Source: Candidatus Eiseniibacteriota bacterium (GTDB taxonomy: Bacteria > Eisenbacteria > RBG-16-71-46 > CAIMUX01 > VGJL01). Taken from it: a stretch of DNA of 64,000 bases. A model generated the notes under the pieces. That model did no database searches and had not been told where the DNA came from. It saw only the letters and a list, made by a program, of their open reading frames with translations. Location: positions 832,001 to 896,000 of the forward strand of contig CAWBWI010000003.1 of the NCBI GenBank assembly GCA_963792585.1. The letters are read 5' to 3'. Positions 1 through 9,627 of this stretch are shown here, in pieces; the first letter of the stretch is position 1, and every line of letters begins with the position of its first letter. A program made the translations under genes and the position numbers.

Positions 1-1
1 C

Positions 2-2764
2 GCGCCGAACGCCGACTTCGTGGCGGTTGCGGGGGGCTCGAGCCACAGCTTGGGCGTGAAGGCCGACGGGACGATCGTTGCCTGGGGGCGGAACAACGAG
101 GGTCAGTGCAACGTCCCCGCGCCGAACACCGGCTTCGTGGCGGTTGCGGCAGGCGAGATGTACAGCCTGGGCTTGAAGGCCGACGGGACGATCGTGGCCT
201 GGGGGCTCAACGACTTCGGCCAGTGCAACATCCCCACCCCGAACGCCGGTTTCATTGCGATCGCGGCGGGCTACGATCACGGTCTGGGGTTGGGCCCGCA
301 GGCGCCAGTCGGAGCCTGCTGCAATCCGTTCACGGGCGACTGCACGGTGACGATCGAGGGCAACTGCAGCTACGATTGGCACGGGGAGTCGACGACTTGT
401 GCACCGAATCCGTGTCCACAGCCGCAAGGCGCGTGCTGTGATCCCGCGACCGGAGCGTGCGCAGTCACAACGCCACTCGAGTGTGTCGCTCCGAACGTCT
501 GGCACGGAGAGTGGACGACCTGCACTCCCAATCCCTGTCCGCTGCTAGGCGCCTGCTGCATTTCAGAAACGGGGAACTGCCTGCAAGTGACCGAGGAGCA
601 GTGCACGTCCCCCCGTGTCTGGTTGGGCCCGGGAACGGACTGCTTTCCGAATCCATGCACTCAGCCACCCAGCGGCTCGATCGTGGGGTGGGGACACAAC
701 AACAGCGGCCAGTGCAACGTGCCCGCCCCCAATGCCGACTTCGTGGCGATCTCAGGTGGTGGCGGCCACAGCTTGGGTCTCAAATCCAACGGATCCATCG
801 TGGCCTGGGGGCTCAACGACTTCGGCCAGTGCAACGTTCCGGCGCCAAATACTGGCTTCGTGGCGATATCAACGGGTGTATCTCACAGCCTGGGTCTCAA
901 GACGGATGGGGCCATCGTCGCATGGGGGGCCAACTACTCTGATCAGTGCAGCGTTCCCGCACCGAACGCCGACTTCGTGGCGGTTGCAGGGGGGAATGGT
1001 CACAGTCTCGGCCTGAAGGCCAACGGTTCCGTTGTGGCCTGGGGGCAGAACAACTACGGCCAGTGCAACGTCCCCACGCCGAACGTCAGCTTCGTGGCGA
1101 TTGCGGGAGGACTCTTTCACAGCCTGGGCCTGAGGTCCGACGGAACGATAGTGGGCTGGGGCGAATGCAATGTGCCCGCGCCGAACACCGACTTCGTGGC
1201 GATCGCGGCAGGGAATTACTACAGCCTGGGTCTGAAGTCCAATGGGACAATCGTGGCTTGGGGGAGCAACACCGAAGGCCAGTGCAACGTCCCTGCACCC
1301 AATACCGACTTCGTGGCCATTGCGGCAGGCGGGTTCCACGGTCTGGGGATGAAGTCCGACAGGACGATTGCGGCGTGGGGGGCGAACCACGGTGGCGACA
1401 ATGGCCATGGGCAATGTGATGTCCCCGCGCCGAACGCCGGCTTTGTGGCGATCGCGGCGGGGTGGTGGTACAGCCTGGGTCTCGGCCCGCAGCTTGGTGC
1501 CTGCTGTCTATCGGATGGAACCTGCACGGTGACGACGGAAGCCAACTGCCAGCCTCCAGCGCAATGGCAGGGTGGTGGTTCCGTTTGCGTTCCCAATCCC
1601 TGCCCGCTGCCCATCGGCGCCTGCTGCAATCCGACCACAGGGGGCTGTTCGGTGACGCAGCAGGCGAACTGCAGCTACAACTGGCACGGGGAGTGGACGA
1701 CTTGCGAGCCGAATCCGTGTCCTCAGCCTCAGGGCGCATGCTGTAGCCCCGCGACCGGAACCTGCACAATCACAACGCCGCCGGAGTGCGTCGCTCCAAA
1801 CGTCTGGCATGGAGAGTGGACGACGTGTGAGCCGAACCCGTGTCCGCAGCCTATCGGCGCGTGCTGTAACCCGACAACCGGAGCCTGCGCAATCACGACG
1901 TCCCTTGAGTGTGTCGCTCCGAACGTCTGGCACGGGGAGTGGACGACCTGTACGCCGAATCCGTGCCCGCAGCCTCAAGGCGCATGCTGTAACCCCGCGA
2001 CCGGAGCGTGCACAGTTAGGACGCCACCTGAGTGTGTCGCTCCAAACGTTTGGCACGGGGAGTGGACGACGTGCGAGCCGAATCCGTGCCCTCAGCCTCA
2101 AGGCGCGTGCTGTAACCCCACGACCGGAGCGTGCACCGTCACAACGCCACCTGAGTGTGTCGCTCCCAACGTCTGGCACGGCGAGTGGACGAGCTGCGAA
2201 CCGAATCCTTGTCCACAACCTCAAGGCGCGTGCTGCAACCCGACAACCGGGGCCTGCGCAATCACGACGTCCCTTGAGTGCATCGCTCCAAACGTCTGGC
2301 ATGGGGAGTGGACGACCTGTGAGCCGAACCCGTGCCCCCGTCCGGGAGCTTGCTGCCACGCCGACGGCACATGCACGCTCACATTCCAGGAAGACTGCCA
2401 GCCTCCGGACAACTATCAAGGAGAAGGAACGCTCTGCCTGGGCAATCAGTGTCCGCCTTCCGCTATCGAGGGGACATCCCAGATTGCGGAGTCGCTGGTT
2501 CTCACTCTGGCCCCTAACCCAAGCTCCCGAGACGTCTCGATCCTGTTCGGCTTGCCTGCGGCAACGGCGATCACCCTGGAGGTCTTCAACGCGGCCGGAG
2601 CACTCGTGCGGCAGCTCGTGGAGGGCCAGCTGCCGGCCGGTTCCTTCTCGACCCAATGGGACGGACGGGATGACAGCGGCCGGGGGGTGCCGACAGGGAT
2701 CTATTTCGCCCGGATTGTGACGGCACACGGAACCAGGACGGGACGGGTGATTCTGGCAAGATAA
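2..2764 (+). CDS. Secreted RCC1-like beta-propeller / Cys-rich repeat protein with C-terminal FlgD-Ig (T9SS-like) tail; 5' end lies outside the window
   Basis: Frame is open from base 2. 39-aa RCC1-type repeats (FVAIAAGxxHSLGLKxDGTIVAWGxNxxGQC), 11 GACC...PNPC six-Cys modules, and a C-terminal 'PNPSSRDVSILF...VFNAAGALVRQL...WDGRDDSGRGVPTGIYFARI' tail. Confidence 0.88.
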   Translation, partial: APNADFVAVAGGSSHSLGVKADGTIVAWGRNNEGQCNVPAPNTGFVAVAAGEMYSLGLKADGTIVAWGLNDFGQCNIPTPNAGFIAIAAGYDHGLGLGPQAPVGACCNPFTGDCTVTIEGNCSYDWHGESTTCAPNPCPQPQGACCDPATGACAVTTPLECVAPNVWHGEWTTCTPNPCPLLGACCISETGNCLQVTEEQCTSPRVWLGPGTDCFPNPCTQPPSGSIVGWGHNNSGQCNVPAPNADFVAISGGGGHSLGLKSNGSIVAWGLNDFGQCNVPAPNTGFVAISTGVSHSLGLKTDGAIVAWGANYSDQCSVPAPNADFVAVAGGNGHSLGLKANGSVVAWGQNNYGQCNVPTPNVSFVAIAGGLFHSLGLRSDGTIVGWGECNVPAPNTDFVAIAAGNYYSLGLKSNGTIVAWGSNTEGQCNVPAPNTDFVAIAAGGFHGLGMKSDRTIAAWGANHGGDNGHGQCDVPAPNAGFVAIAAGWWYSLGLGPQLGACCLSDGTCTVTTEANCQPPAQWQGGGSVCVPNPCPLPIGACCNPTTGGCSVTQQANCSYNWHGEWTTCEPNPCPQPQGACCSPATGTCTITTPPECVAPNVWHGEWTTCEPNPCPQPIGACCNPTTGACAITTSLECVAPNVWHGEWTTCTPNPCPQPQGACCNPATGACTVRTPPECVAPNVWHGEWTTCEPNPCPQPQGACCNPTTGACTVTTPPECVAPNVWHGEWTSCEPNPCPQPQGACCNPTTGACAITTSLECIAPNVWHGEWTTCEPNPCPRPGACCHADGTCTLTFQEDCQPPDNYQGEGTLCLGNQCPPSAIEGTSQIAESLVLTLAPNPSSRDVSILFGLPAATAITLEVFNAAGALVRQLVEGQLPAGSFSTQWDGRDDSGRGVPTGIYFARIVTAHGTRTGRVILAR
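674..1483 (+). repeat. Seven tandem ~117-bp RCC1-blade coding repeats
   Basis: cagtgcaac/cagtgcagc recurs at 710, 827, 944 and 1061 (117-bp period); seven blades in the translation. Confidence 0.85.
1733..2344 (+). repeat. Five near-identical 123-bp tandem repeats encoding 41-aa Cys-rich modules
   Basis: GAC codons start at 1733, 1856, 1979, 2102 and 2225; unit GACCNPxTGACxxxTxxECVAPNVWHGEWTTCEPNPCPQPQ. Confidence 0.92.
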
Positions 2765-2809
2765 GGCCATTTGTCCTCCCACCCTGAATCGAGCCTCTGT
2801 CTGATCGGT

Positions 2810-2835
2810 CCCAGCGCCCCGATTGGGGCGCTGGG
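2810..2835 (+). terminator. GC-rich hairpin downstream of the RCC1 gene (possible terminator or stability element)
   Basis: cccagcgcccc-gatt-ggggcgctggg, 11-bp perfect stem, no U-tract. Confidence 0.4.
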
Positions 2836-3062
2836 CGCCGGGTGCACGGAGGCGCCGGCGCGGAGATCCACGTGGGGCCGCATCCGATTCGGCTTTCGAT
2901 GATCGGGGGGGGAGGCGCAACGATGGTGTGGACCGGTTGGATTAACAGAAGGCGGGGTTCGCGGAACCCCAACCACCTGTAGGGGTTCTCTGCAGCCACA
3001 GGAGACGCGATTGCCTGTGTCTTCCAGTCGAATTGAAATTCCCACGTCCACGGAGGTATTCG

Positions 3063-3362
3063 ATGCGCATGATGATGAAAGTCTCGATCCCTGTCGAGGC
3101 AGGCAATAAGGGGGTCAAGGAAGGCCTTCTTCCCAAGACCGTCATGGGATTCGTGGAACGGATGAAGCCGGAAGCTTGCTACTTTGGTCCCGAGGACGGC
3201 AGGCGAACGGCACGCTTCTACTTCGATCTCCAGGATCCGACATTGATTCCGTCAATTGCGGAATCGTTCTTCATGAACCTCAACGCGTCCATCGAGATGT
3301 CCCCCGTGATGAACCTCGACGAGATGAAGGCGGGGGTCGAAAAGGCGATGAAGCTCGCCTGA
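3063..3362 (+). CDS. Small conserved hypothetical protein (DUF3303/GYD-like dimeric alpha-beta barrel)
   Basis: GGAGG RBS before ATG 3063; 'MKPEACYFGPEDGRRT...IPSIAESFFMNLNASIEMSPVMNLDEM' resembles a widespread small family. Confidence 0.65.
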   Translation: MRMMMKVSIPVEAGNKGVKEGLLPKTVMGFVERMKPEACYFGPEDGRRTARFYFDLQDPTLIPSIAESFFMNLNASIEMSPVMNLDEMKAGVEKAMKLA

Positions 3363-3373
3363 GGGGTAGACTC

Positions 3374-3625
3374 TCAGCACCCGACGGATTGTCGTGATGG
3401 GAACTCCGCTGTGAGATAGCCGAGGTCCTTCGTCCACCTGAGAACCTCTTCTGTCTCGCTCAGGCGGATCTTCTTGTGGATGTACTCATCGAGGACGCGC
3501 TGTGATCCCGCCTCGATCCCCAGGTCGATGGAGTAGCACCCCGCGCGGCGCATCGTCTCGAGTGGCGGTGGATCGACCGTCCCCACGCAGATCTCGCACT
3601 CCCAAGAGGGTTGGATCCCGCTCAT
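3374..3625 (-). pseudogene. Fragment of a radical SAM (B12-binding type) protein
   Basis: 'LETMRRAGCYSIDLGIEAGSQRVLD..IHKKI' is a mid-barrel radical SAM segment; no CxxxCxxC motif, both ends missing. Confidence 0.6.
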
Positions 3626-3808
3626 TCGAGGGATCCGCGCAAAGGCTCCTACCTATACCCCTACTGTGACAGGAGGTGTATCATTGCAGGCGACGCAAAC
3701 CCTACGCCCCCGGGTTGCCGCTGCGCCCGCCAGGGAGTCGGTTGGCGTCAACCGAGGTACGGGCCCGTACCCATGCGGCGAACGCGCTGAATTCGAAAGG
3801 GGGTCGAC

Positions 3809-6217
3809 ATGAAATCGATGCGACGGTTCGCGGTCGTTCTCACCCTGCTCGCGGCCACCCAGTTCCTGCATTCCAGTTCCTCACAGGCGACTTCCCTGAA
3901 CGGACAGTGGATGGACGGGTTCGGATATCCGATACCCGGACTCAATGGATACGGTCGCTGCGCGATCGAATACGACGGCGCGTTGATCTGCGCGGGTCAC
4001 TTCGACCTCGCAGGAGACACGGTGGCCCAGCAGGTCGCTGCGTGGGACGGCGCGCAGTGGCATTCCATGAATGCAGGCACCATCTGGTGCTCGGTGACCG
4101 CATTCGCGATCTACCGGGGCGAACTGGTCGCCGCGGGGGAGTTCGGGTTCATCGAAGGAGGGCCGACGGCCGGGCTGGCGCGCTGGGATGGGGTCCGGTG
4201 GCAGCCGTTCAGCTCCTCTCCCACCCACGGCGCGAGCACCCTCTGCGCGTCCAGGGACTCCCTGGTCGTCGGAGGCCGCTTCGCCTCGATGGGAGGTGTC
4301 TCCGCTCTCAACGTCGCTCTGTGGGACGGTTCTTCCTGGAGTTCGCTGGGGGGTGGCCTGGACCCGTATCCCAATACGCTGGCGGTGTACAACGGCGCCA
4401 TCGTCGCCGGAGGCTGGTTCTCTGTGCGGCGCTGGAACGGCTCGGCCTGGACGGATGTCGCGCCCGGTATCAGCGGCGATGTCTGGTTCCTCGGCGTCCA
4501 TGGGGGTCGGCTCATCGCAGGGGGAAGCTTCTGGCGGGTCGGGATCCTCATCACGAACGGCATCGCAGCGTGGGACGGGACGGTATGGAGCTCGCTGGGG
4601 TCGGGATTCAATGGCTCTACGAGCGGCATGGTGACGCACGGGAGTGACCTCATCGTCGCGGGGATCTACGAGACCGCCGGAGGCGTGCCGGCAATGAACA
4701 TCGCACGTTGGGACGGCGCCCACTGGTACGCGTTGGGAGACGGATGCGACGGCGGGCTGAACGGCGTGGCGACGTTCAATGGCGACATCTTTGCCGTCGG
4801 AGATATCCAGTCGGCCGGCGGCACGCCCGTGGGTGGCATCGCCCGGTGGGATGGAGTCGAGTGGTCCGGCGTCGGCGTCGGTGGGAAGGGGATGGACCTC
4901 GACGTCAGGGCCCTTGCCGCCTACAACGGTGCGCTCATTGCCGGTGGGTCGTTCTCGAACGCGGGGGGGATGAGCCCGGCAAACCGGATCGCGCGCTGGG
5001 ACGGAACCGAATGGCGATCCCTGGGTGGCGGCATCCAGGGCAGTATGGGAGTCGTCCTCGGCATGACCGTCTTCGATGGACTCCTGTACGTGGTAGGACA
5101 CTTCGGTCAGGTGGGAAACGTGGCCGCCTCGAACATCGCCGCCTGGAACGGATCGGAGTGGTTCCCCGTTGCCGGCGGCACGGACGGAGCGATCTCTGCG
5201 ATTGCGGTCTACAACGCGCATCTCGTCATCGGCGGGTCCTTCGAGCACGCGGGCGGGAGCGCCGCCCGCTGCATCGCGATTCTGAACCCGGGTGGTTGGA
5301 GCCCGATGGGTGCGGGTATGTACGAGGGCGGCTATGAGGGGAACAACATCGCGTCCGTGGCGGCGCTCACCGTGCACGGCGGCGACCTGGTGGCCGGAGG
5401 GACCTTCGAGCAGGCCGGCGACGTGGACGCGATGAACATCGCGCGATGGAACGGAAACGCGTGGAGCGCGATCGGCCAGGGAATCGGCCAGTCGGATCCT
5501 TACGAGGGAGGCGAGGTATCCGCTCTGGCGTCCACCGGCGGGATCCTCTATGCGGGCGGGACGTTCACGAGCGCCGGGGGTGGCGCCGCAGCGAACTTCG
5601 CCTCCTGGGACGGCGCCGCGTGGAGCGAAGTCGGTGGCGGCATCGATGGCTACCTGCGCTGCCTTCTCCCGATGGACGGTGGAATCGTCGTCGGCGGGCG
5701 ATTCGATACCGCCGGGGAGACCCCCACACGCGACATCGCGTTCTGGGACGGACACGCATGGAGCACCTTCGCGTCCGGGCTCACGAGCCTCGCCCCGGGG
5801 CGATTCCATGCGACCTATGCATTGACTCAAGTCGGCGGCGACCTGTTTGCCGGCGGTCTGTTCACCTGCGCGGATCCGACCGCCTCGAGCAACATCGCTT
5901 CATGGCGGAGCATTCCCTCCGACGCCGGAGAAGACGTTTCCGGGGTCGCATCGCGCATCGGCCTTCCAAACCCCTACCGACCCGGCGCCTCGATCCGCCT
6001 GATGCCGCGTGGCGTCTGGAGCGTCGACGAGCTCCAGCTGGAGATCCTCGACGTGCAGGGACGGCGCGTGCGCGACCTCACGGTGGACGGCGCGAGCGGA
6101 ACGACCCGCTGGGATGGCCGGGCGGAGAACGGGCGGGACGTCCCGGAGGGGACGTACTTCGTCCGCGTGCGGCAGGGGCGCTCGTGGAGTGTGAGGAAGA
6201 TCATCCTGGATCGGTGA
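3809..6217 (+). CDS. Secreted beta-propeller repeat protein ('IARWDGxxWxxLGxG' repeats) with FlgD-Ig tail
   Basis: Signal peptide; ~12 repeats of 'LxAGGxFxxAGG...NIAxWDGxxW'; C-terminal 'LEILDVQGRRVRDL...WDGRAENGRDVPEGTYFVRV'. Confidence 0.85.
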   Translation: MKSMRRFAVVLTLLAATQFLHSSSSQATSLNGQWMDGFGYPIPGLNGYGRCAIEYDGALICAGHFDLAGDTVAQQVAAWDGAQWHSMNAGTIWCSVTAFAIYRGELVAAGEFGFIEGGPTAGLARWDGVRWQPFSSSPTHGASTLCASRDSLVVGGRFASMGGVSALNVALWDGSSWSSLGGGLDPYPNTLAVYNGAIVAGGWFSVRRWNGSAWTDVAPGISGDVWFLGVHGGRLIAGGSFWRVGILITNGIAAWDGTVWSSLGSGFNGSTSGMVTHGSDLIVAGIYETAGGVPAMNIARWDGAHWYALGDGCDGGLNGVATFNGDIFAVGDIQSAGGTPVGGIARWDGVEWSGVGVGGKGMDLDVRALAAYNGALIAGGSFSNAGGMSPANRIARWDGTEWRSLGGGIQGSMGVVLGMTVFDGLLYVVGHFGQVGNVAASNIAAWNGSEWFPVAGGTDGAISAIAVYNAHLVIGGSFEHAGGSAARCIAILNPGGWSPMGAGMYEGGYEGNNIASVAALTVHGGDLVAGGTFEQAGDVDAMNIARWNGNAWSAIGQGIGQSDPYEGGEVSALASTGGILYAGGTFTSAGGGAAANFASWDGAAWSEVGGGIDGYLRCLLPMDGGIVVGGRFDTAGETPTRDIAFWDGHAWSTFASGLTSLAPGRFHATYALTQVGGDLFAGGLFTCADPTASSNIASWRSIPSDAGEDVSGVASRIGLPNPYRPGASIRLMPRGVWSVDELQLEILDVQGRRVRDLTVDGASGTTRWDGRAENGRDVPEGTYFVRVRQGRSWSVRKIILDR

Positions 6218-6420
6218 CATAGAACGACCCGGGACCAAGCCGTGCGGTTCGTGGGGCAATCTTCTCTCTGCGATGAGAGAGGATCGCCCCGTCTGCGTTG
6301 CCTGATTCGCAGCCGCCGCGAACTCCTGCGCCGCTTGCACCCCGCTTCCTCGCGGACAGAGGTATGCCCATCGAGTTGGGAAGCCTATGATGAGTGCGCC
6401 ACGGATCTCGGAGGATCGCG

Positions 6421-7980
6421 ATGAACTCGTTGCGCATCGTCGTCAAGGCTCTCATGACCATCGGCATGGCCGCGTGCGCCGTGGCGGTCGTAGCCGCCCC
6501 GGCGACAGCCGACTACACCACCCCCGGAACCGGAGTCGACTGGACGATGGACGACCTGGTGGTCAACTCCGGCGGGGCGGTCACCGGAGGTGACGGCGCG
6601 TACGGGGTGCACCAGACCGTGATCATCGCGGCGAACGATCGGCTGACGATCGCAGCCGGGGCGCACCTCACCTTCCTCGATACCGCCGGGACGATGGGAT
6701 TGACGGTCCGCGGCGCGCTCTCGGCGATCGGCACCGAGCAGGAGTCGATCGTGTTCGACTCTGCGATCGCCACCCCGGGCGCGTGGCGCGGTCTCCTCTA
6801 TAGCGACACGCAGGCCGGATCCGAGTTCCACCTGGCTGGGTGTGAGATCGCGCACGCGAACACGGCAATCGACATCGTTGGCGCTGACGTGTTGGTGGAG
6901 CGCTGTGATCTCCACGATACACTCGACAAGGTCGTCGACTTCTCGGCCGCGAGCGGCGTGGTGCGCGACTGCCGGATTCACGACAACCGCCGTCGCACGA
7001 TCGTCATGACGCTTTCCTCCTCGCCGCTGATCGAGAACTGCTGGATCGAGAACAACAACATCGACAACACTTCGCCGTACCCCTACATCAACATCGGGCT
7101 GCAGGGGGTGAACTCCCCGACGATCCGCGGCTGCACGATTCTCGGGAGCGGCCACCAGATGAGCGGCGGGATCGCGATCTGGAACGCCGGAAACGGCCTG
7201 ATCGAGGGGAATCGCATCGAGGGGTGTGGCTACGGGATCCTCTGCTACCAGACGGCGGCGAACCCCATGATCCGCAACAACACGCTCCTGGCGAACAACA
7301 TCCACCCCGACACGGTGAACTGGGGGTTCGGCATCGCCTGCAATGGGAACAACGCGCCGGTCGTGGTGGGAAACACGATTCGCGGGCACTGGTACGGAGT
7401 TGCAGCGATCAACGGAGGACGGCCGAATCTCGGCAACCTCGGCAACGCCTCGCCGGATGACGACGGTGGAAACCACATCACCGGGAACGGCCTGAACGGT
7501 CAGATCTACGGCCTCTACAACAACACGACGTTTTCGCAGTCGGCGCAGGGCAACTGGTGGGGCGGAGCCGCGGCCCAGGAGGTGGAGGACGCGATCTGGC
7601 ACCAGGTTGACGATCCCGCGCTCGGTCTCGTGGATTATTCGCAGTGGTTGATGGTCGATGCCGTTGACGAGTGGCGGGACGAGACGCCTGCCGGCGGTCG
7701 CCGCGTCCTCTCGTCGATCCGCGTGCATCCGAACCCCACAAGCGCGCGGAGCACGATCGCGTTCCGACTCCTACGGACGAGCACGGTGCGGGGGATCGTG
7801 ATGGATTTGACCGGGCGCGTCGTGCGCGAGATCCCTCTCGGCGCGCGATCCGTCGGGGCGCACCTGCTGGAGTGGGATGGCGTCGACGGAGCGGGGCGGG
7901 CGCTGCCGAGCGGAGTGTACTTCTGCCGGATCACGGCGGGGGAGGAGTCGATCACGGCGAGGTTCGTGTTGCTGCGCTGA
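6421..7980 (+). CDS. Secreted right-handed parallel beta-helix (pectin-lyase/NosD-like) protein with FlgD-Ig tail
   Basis: GGAGG RBS, signal peptide, PbH1-type repeats (SPLIENCWIENN, PTIRGCTI, GLIEGNRIEG, AQGNWWG), tail 'HPNPTSARSTIAF...WDGVDGAGRALPSGVYFCRI'. Confidence 0.85.
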   Translation: MNSLRIVVKALMTIGMAACAVAVVAAPATADYTTPGTGVDWTMDDLVVNSGGAVTGGDGAYGVHQTVIIAANDRLTIAAGAHLTFLDTAGTMGLTVRGALSAIGTEQESIVFDSAIATPGAWRGLLYSDTQAGSEFHLAGCEIAHANTAIDIVGADVLVERCDLHDTLDKVVDFSAASGVVRDCRIHDNRRRTIVMTLSSSPLIENCWIENNNIDNTSPYPYINIGLQGVNSPTIRGCTILGSGHQMSGGIAIWNAGNGLIEGNRIEGCGYGILCYQTAANPMIRNNTLLANNIHPDTVNWGFGIACNGNNAPVVVGNTIRGHWYGVAAINGGRPNLGNLGNASPDDDGGNHITGNGLNGQIYGLYNNTTFSQSAQGNWWGGAAAQEVEDAIWHQVDDPALGLVDYSQWLMVDAVDEWRDETPAGGRRVLSSIRVHPNPTSARSTIAFRLLRTSTVRGIVMDLTGRVVREIPLGARSVGAHLLEWDGVDGAGRALPSGVYFCRITAGEESITARFVLLR

Positions 7981-8021
7981 TACGCAGGGATCGTCGAGCC
8001 CGCAGGAGCCGGCGCGCCGTT

Positions 8022-9440
8022 CTACTGATCCCCGCGACTGCGAATGATCTTGCCGTTCTGGACCACGAGAAAGGTCGACTCCAGCCGCGCGATATCGGCC
8101 AGTGGATCTCCATGGACTACCAGCAGGTCGGCCTGATGGCCGGGGGCGATGGAGCCCAATCGGTCGTCTACGCCGAGCCATTGGGCCGGGTAGATGGTGG
8201 CTCCCTTGATGATCTCTGCCTCGGAAACTCCCGCCTCCTTCATGAAGCGCATCTCGGCGAACGTCGCCGCGGGGTCGTCGCCGTCCTGGCCGACCAGCAT
8301 CGGCACCCCATAGTCCGCGAATTGGCGCACGAAGTGCCGGCTGACCGCGGCCATGCCGCCCACCAATGTCCGGATCATCTCCAGTGCGGGGGCAGGTAGC
8401 GAGTCCACGCCCATCTGTCTCCTCGACTCCTCGATGGCTTGCTCTTCCGCATTCACGAGGACGAACAGGGTCGGGCACAGGAAGGCGTGTTTCTCCTTCA
8501 TCGTCTCCGCCAGATGGCGCAGACGATCCTCCGAGATCGACTCCACGCCCAGGCCGGCCGCTTTCATGAGCACCCCCATGCCGGCCATCTCCCCGTGGCC
8601 GGGGCCGAGCAGCGCGTCATGCTCATGCCGGAGCTCATCCGTCAGGACGACCGGCCAAGGGGACTTCGCGTGCTCGATGCTGGTGACTCCGAGGTCGAGG
8701 GCCAGATCCATGGGTATGCTGTGGAACAGGGGTCCACCCGGATCGTGGGTGATGCGCAGGGAGAGCCGTTGCGCCGTCTCCACCATGTGGCGGTAAACAG
8801 CCGGATCCTGGTGGAAGAAAGTCTTGATCATGCACGCGCCCTGCCGCGACAGAGCCTGCAGGATCGAGTCCACATCGGCTGTCGAATCCACCGCCACCGT
8901 GAATCCAGGAAGATCCTCGTTGAATCGATCCCAGGTCAACGGACTGTGTTCGAGCATGGGGCCGGCGTAGAAGATCTCCGGGCCCAGGATCTCCCCCGAG
9001 GCTGTGCGTTCCTCGAGGCGGTGGAGCACGTCAATCGGACCGCCGACGTCGCGGACGTGGGTGACTCCACGGGCGACGAATCCCGCCAGGGTGGTCCGGA
9101 GGGTGTCGCCGCCCTTGTTCGTCAAGTGCGCCAGGTGGACGTGGCAATCGAACAGGCCGGGCACGGCGTACGTTCCCTCGCATTCGATCGTCTCCGTGTT
9201 CGGGTCCGGGCTGAGGTCGTCGCCGATTGAGGCGATGCGGCCGTTGGCGATCAGGATGTCCTGGGACGCATGCATCTCGCCTGAGGAGACGTCGAACACG
9301 CGGACATTCTTCAGCAGGATCGGGCGCTCGGGCGAGAAGGCCGCTCCGGGATTCTTGCCCGGGTCGTCTCGGGCCGCGACCGAACCCCCACCCAACGACA
9401 CCAACGCCAGCAGGATCGAATAGACACCGAGCTTCCTCAT
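8022..9440 (-). CDS. Secreted amidohydrolase-family metalloenzyme
   Basis: PGLFDCHVHL (HxH), GVTHVRDVGG, IEH, GQD and C-terminal LGSIAPGHQADLLVV motifs; signal peptide MRKLGVYSILLALVSL; GGGAGGG RBS. Confidence 0.88.
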   Translation of the reverse strand: MRKLGVYSILLALVSLGGGSVAARDDPGKNPGAAFSPERPILLKNVRVFDVSSGEMHASQDILIANGRIASIGDDLSPDPNTETIECEGTYAVPGLFDCHVHLAHLTNKGGDTLRTTLAGFVARGVTHVRDVGGPIDVLHRLEERTASGEILGPEIFYAGPMLEHSPLTWDRFNEDLPGFTVAVDSTADVDSILQALSRQGACMIKTFFHQDPAVYRHMVETAQRLSLRITHDPGGPLFHSIPMDLALDLGVTSIEHAKSPWPVVLTDELRHEHDALLGPGHGEMAGMGVLMKAAGLGVESISEDRLRHLAETMKEKHAFLCPTLFVLVNAEEQAIEESRRQMGVDSLPAPALEMIRTLVGGMAAVSRHFVRQFADYGVPMLVGQDGDDPAATFAEMRFMKEAGVSEAEIIKGATIYPAQWLGVDDRLGSIAPGHQADLLVVHGDPLADIARLESTFLVVQNGKIIRSRGDQ

Positions 9441-9538
9441 GACCCCTCCCATGCCCCGCGACAATCCTAGAGGAGCGCGGACGACCCGGTCCATAGGAGG
9501 AAGCGGTTCGGAGCACCCTGGTCTCTCGGGAAATTCGG

Positions 9539-9547
9539 TGCTAGAAT
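9539..9547 (+). promoter_or_regulatory. Extended -10 (TGnTAGAAT) sigma70-type element upstream of the nitroreductase-like gene
   Basis: tgctagaat in the divergent intergenic region. Confidence 0.4.
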
Positions 9548-9627
9548 GGTCCGCGACGATTGGATGCCAACGACAAACCGGGGGGGGCACGGACGCCATG
9601 TCCCCACCTCCTCAGGTGGGAGACCAC

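Noticed and set aside
2..1483. Diversity-generating retroelement target (several variable codons look like AAC-derived NNC)
   Set aside because: Many variable codons (gag, gaa, tgg, atg, gta) do not fit adenine-only mutagenesis; no template repeat or reverse transcriptase is in the window.
1733..2344. CRISPR array
   Set aside because: The repeats are contiguous in-frame coding units without unique spacers, and there are no cas genes.
3881..5830. Long antisense or alternative-frame ORFs (e.g. 3881-5830, 18895-20508, 32819-34639, 60829-62625)
   Set aside because: They are shadow ORFs typical of high-GC DNA, overlapping well-supported genes and lacking recognisable motifs.
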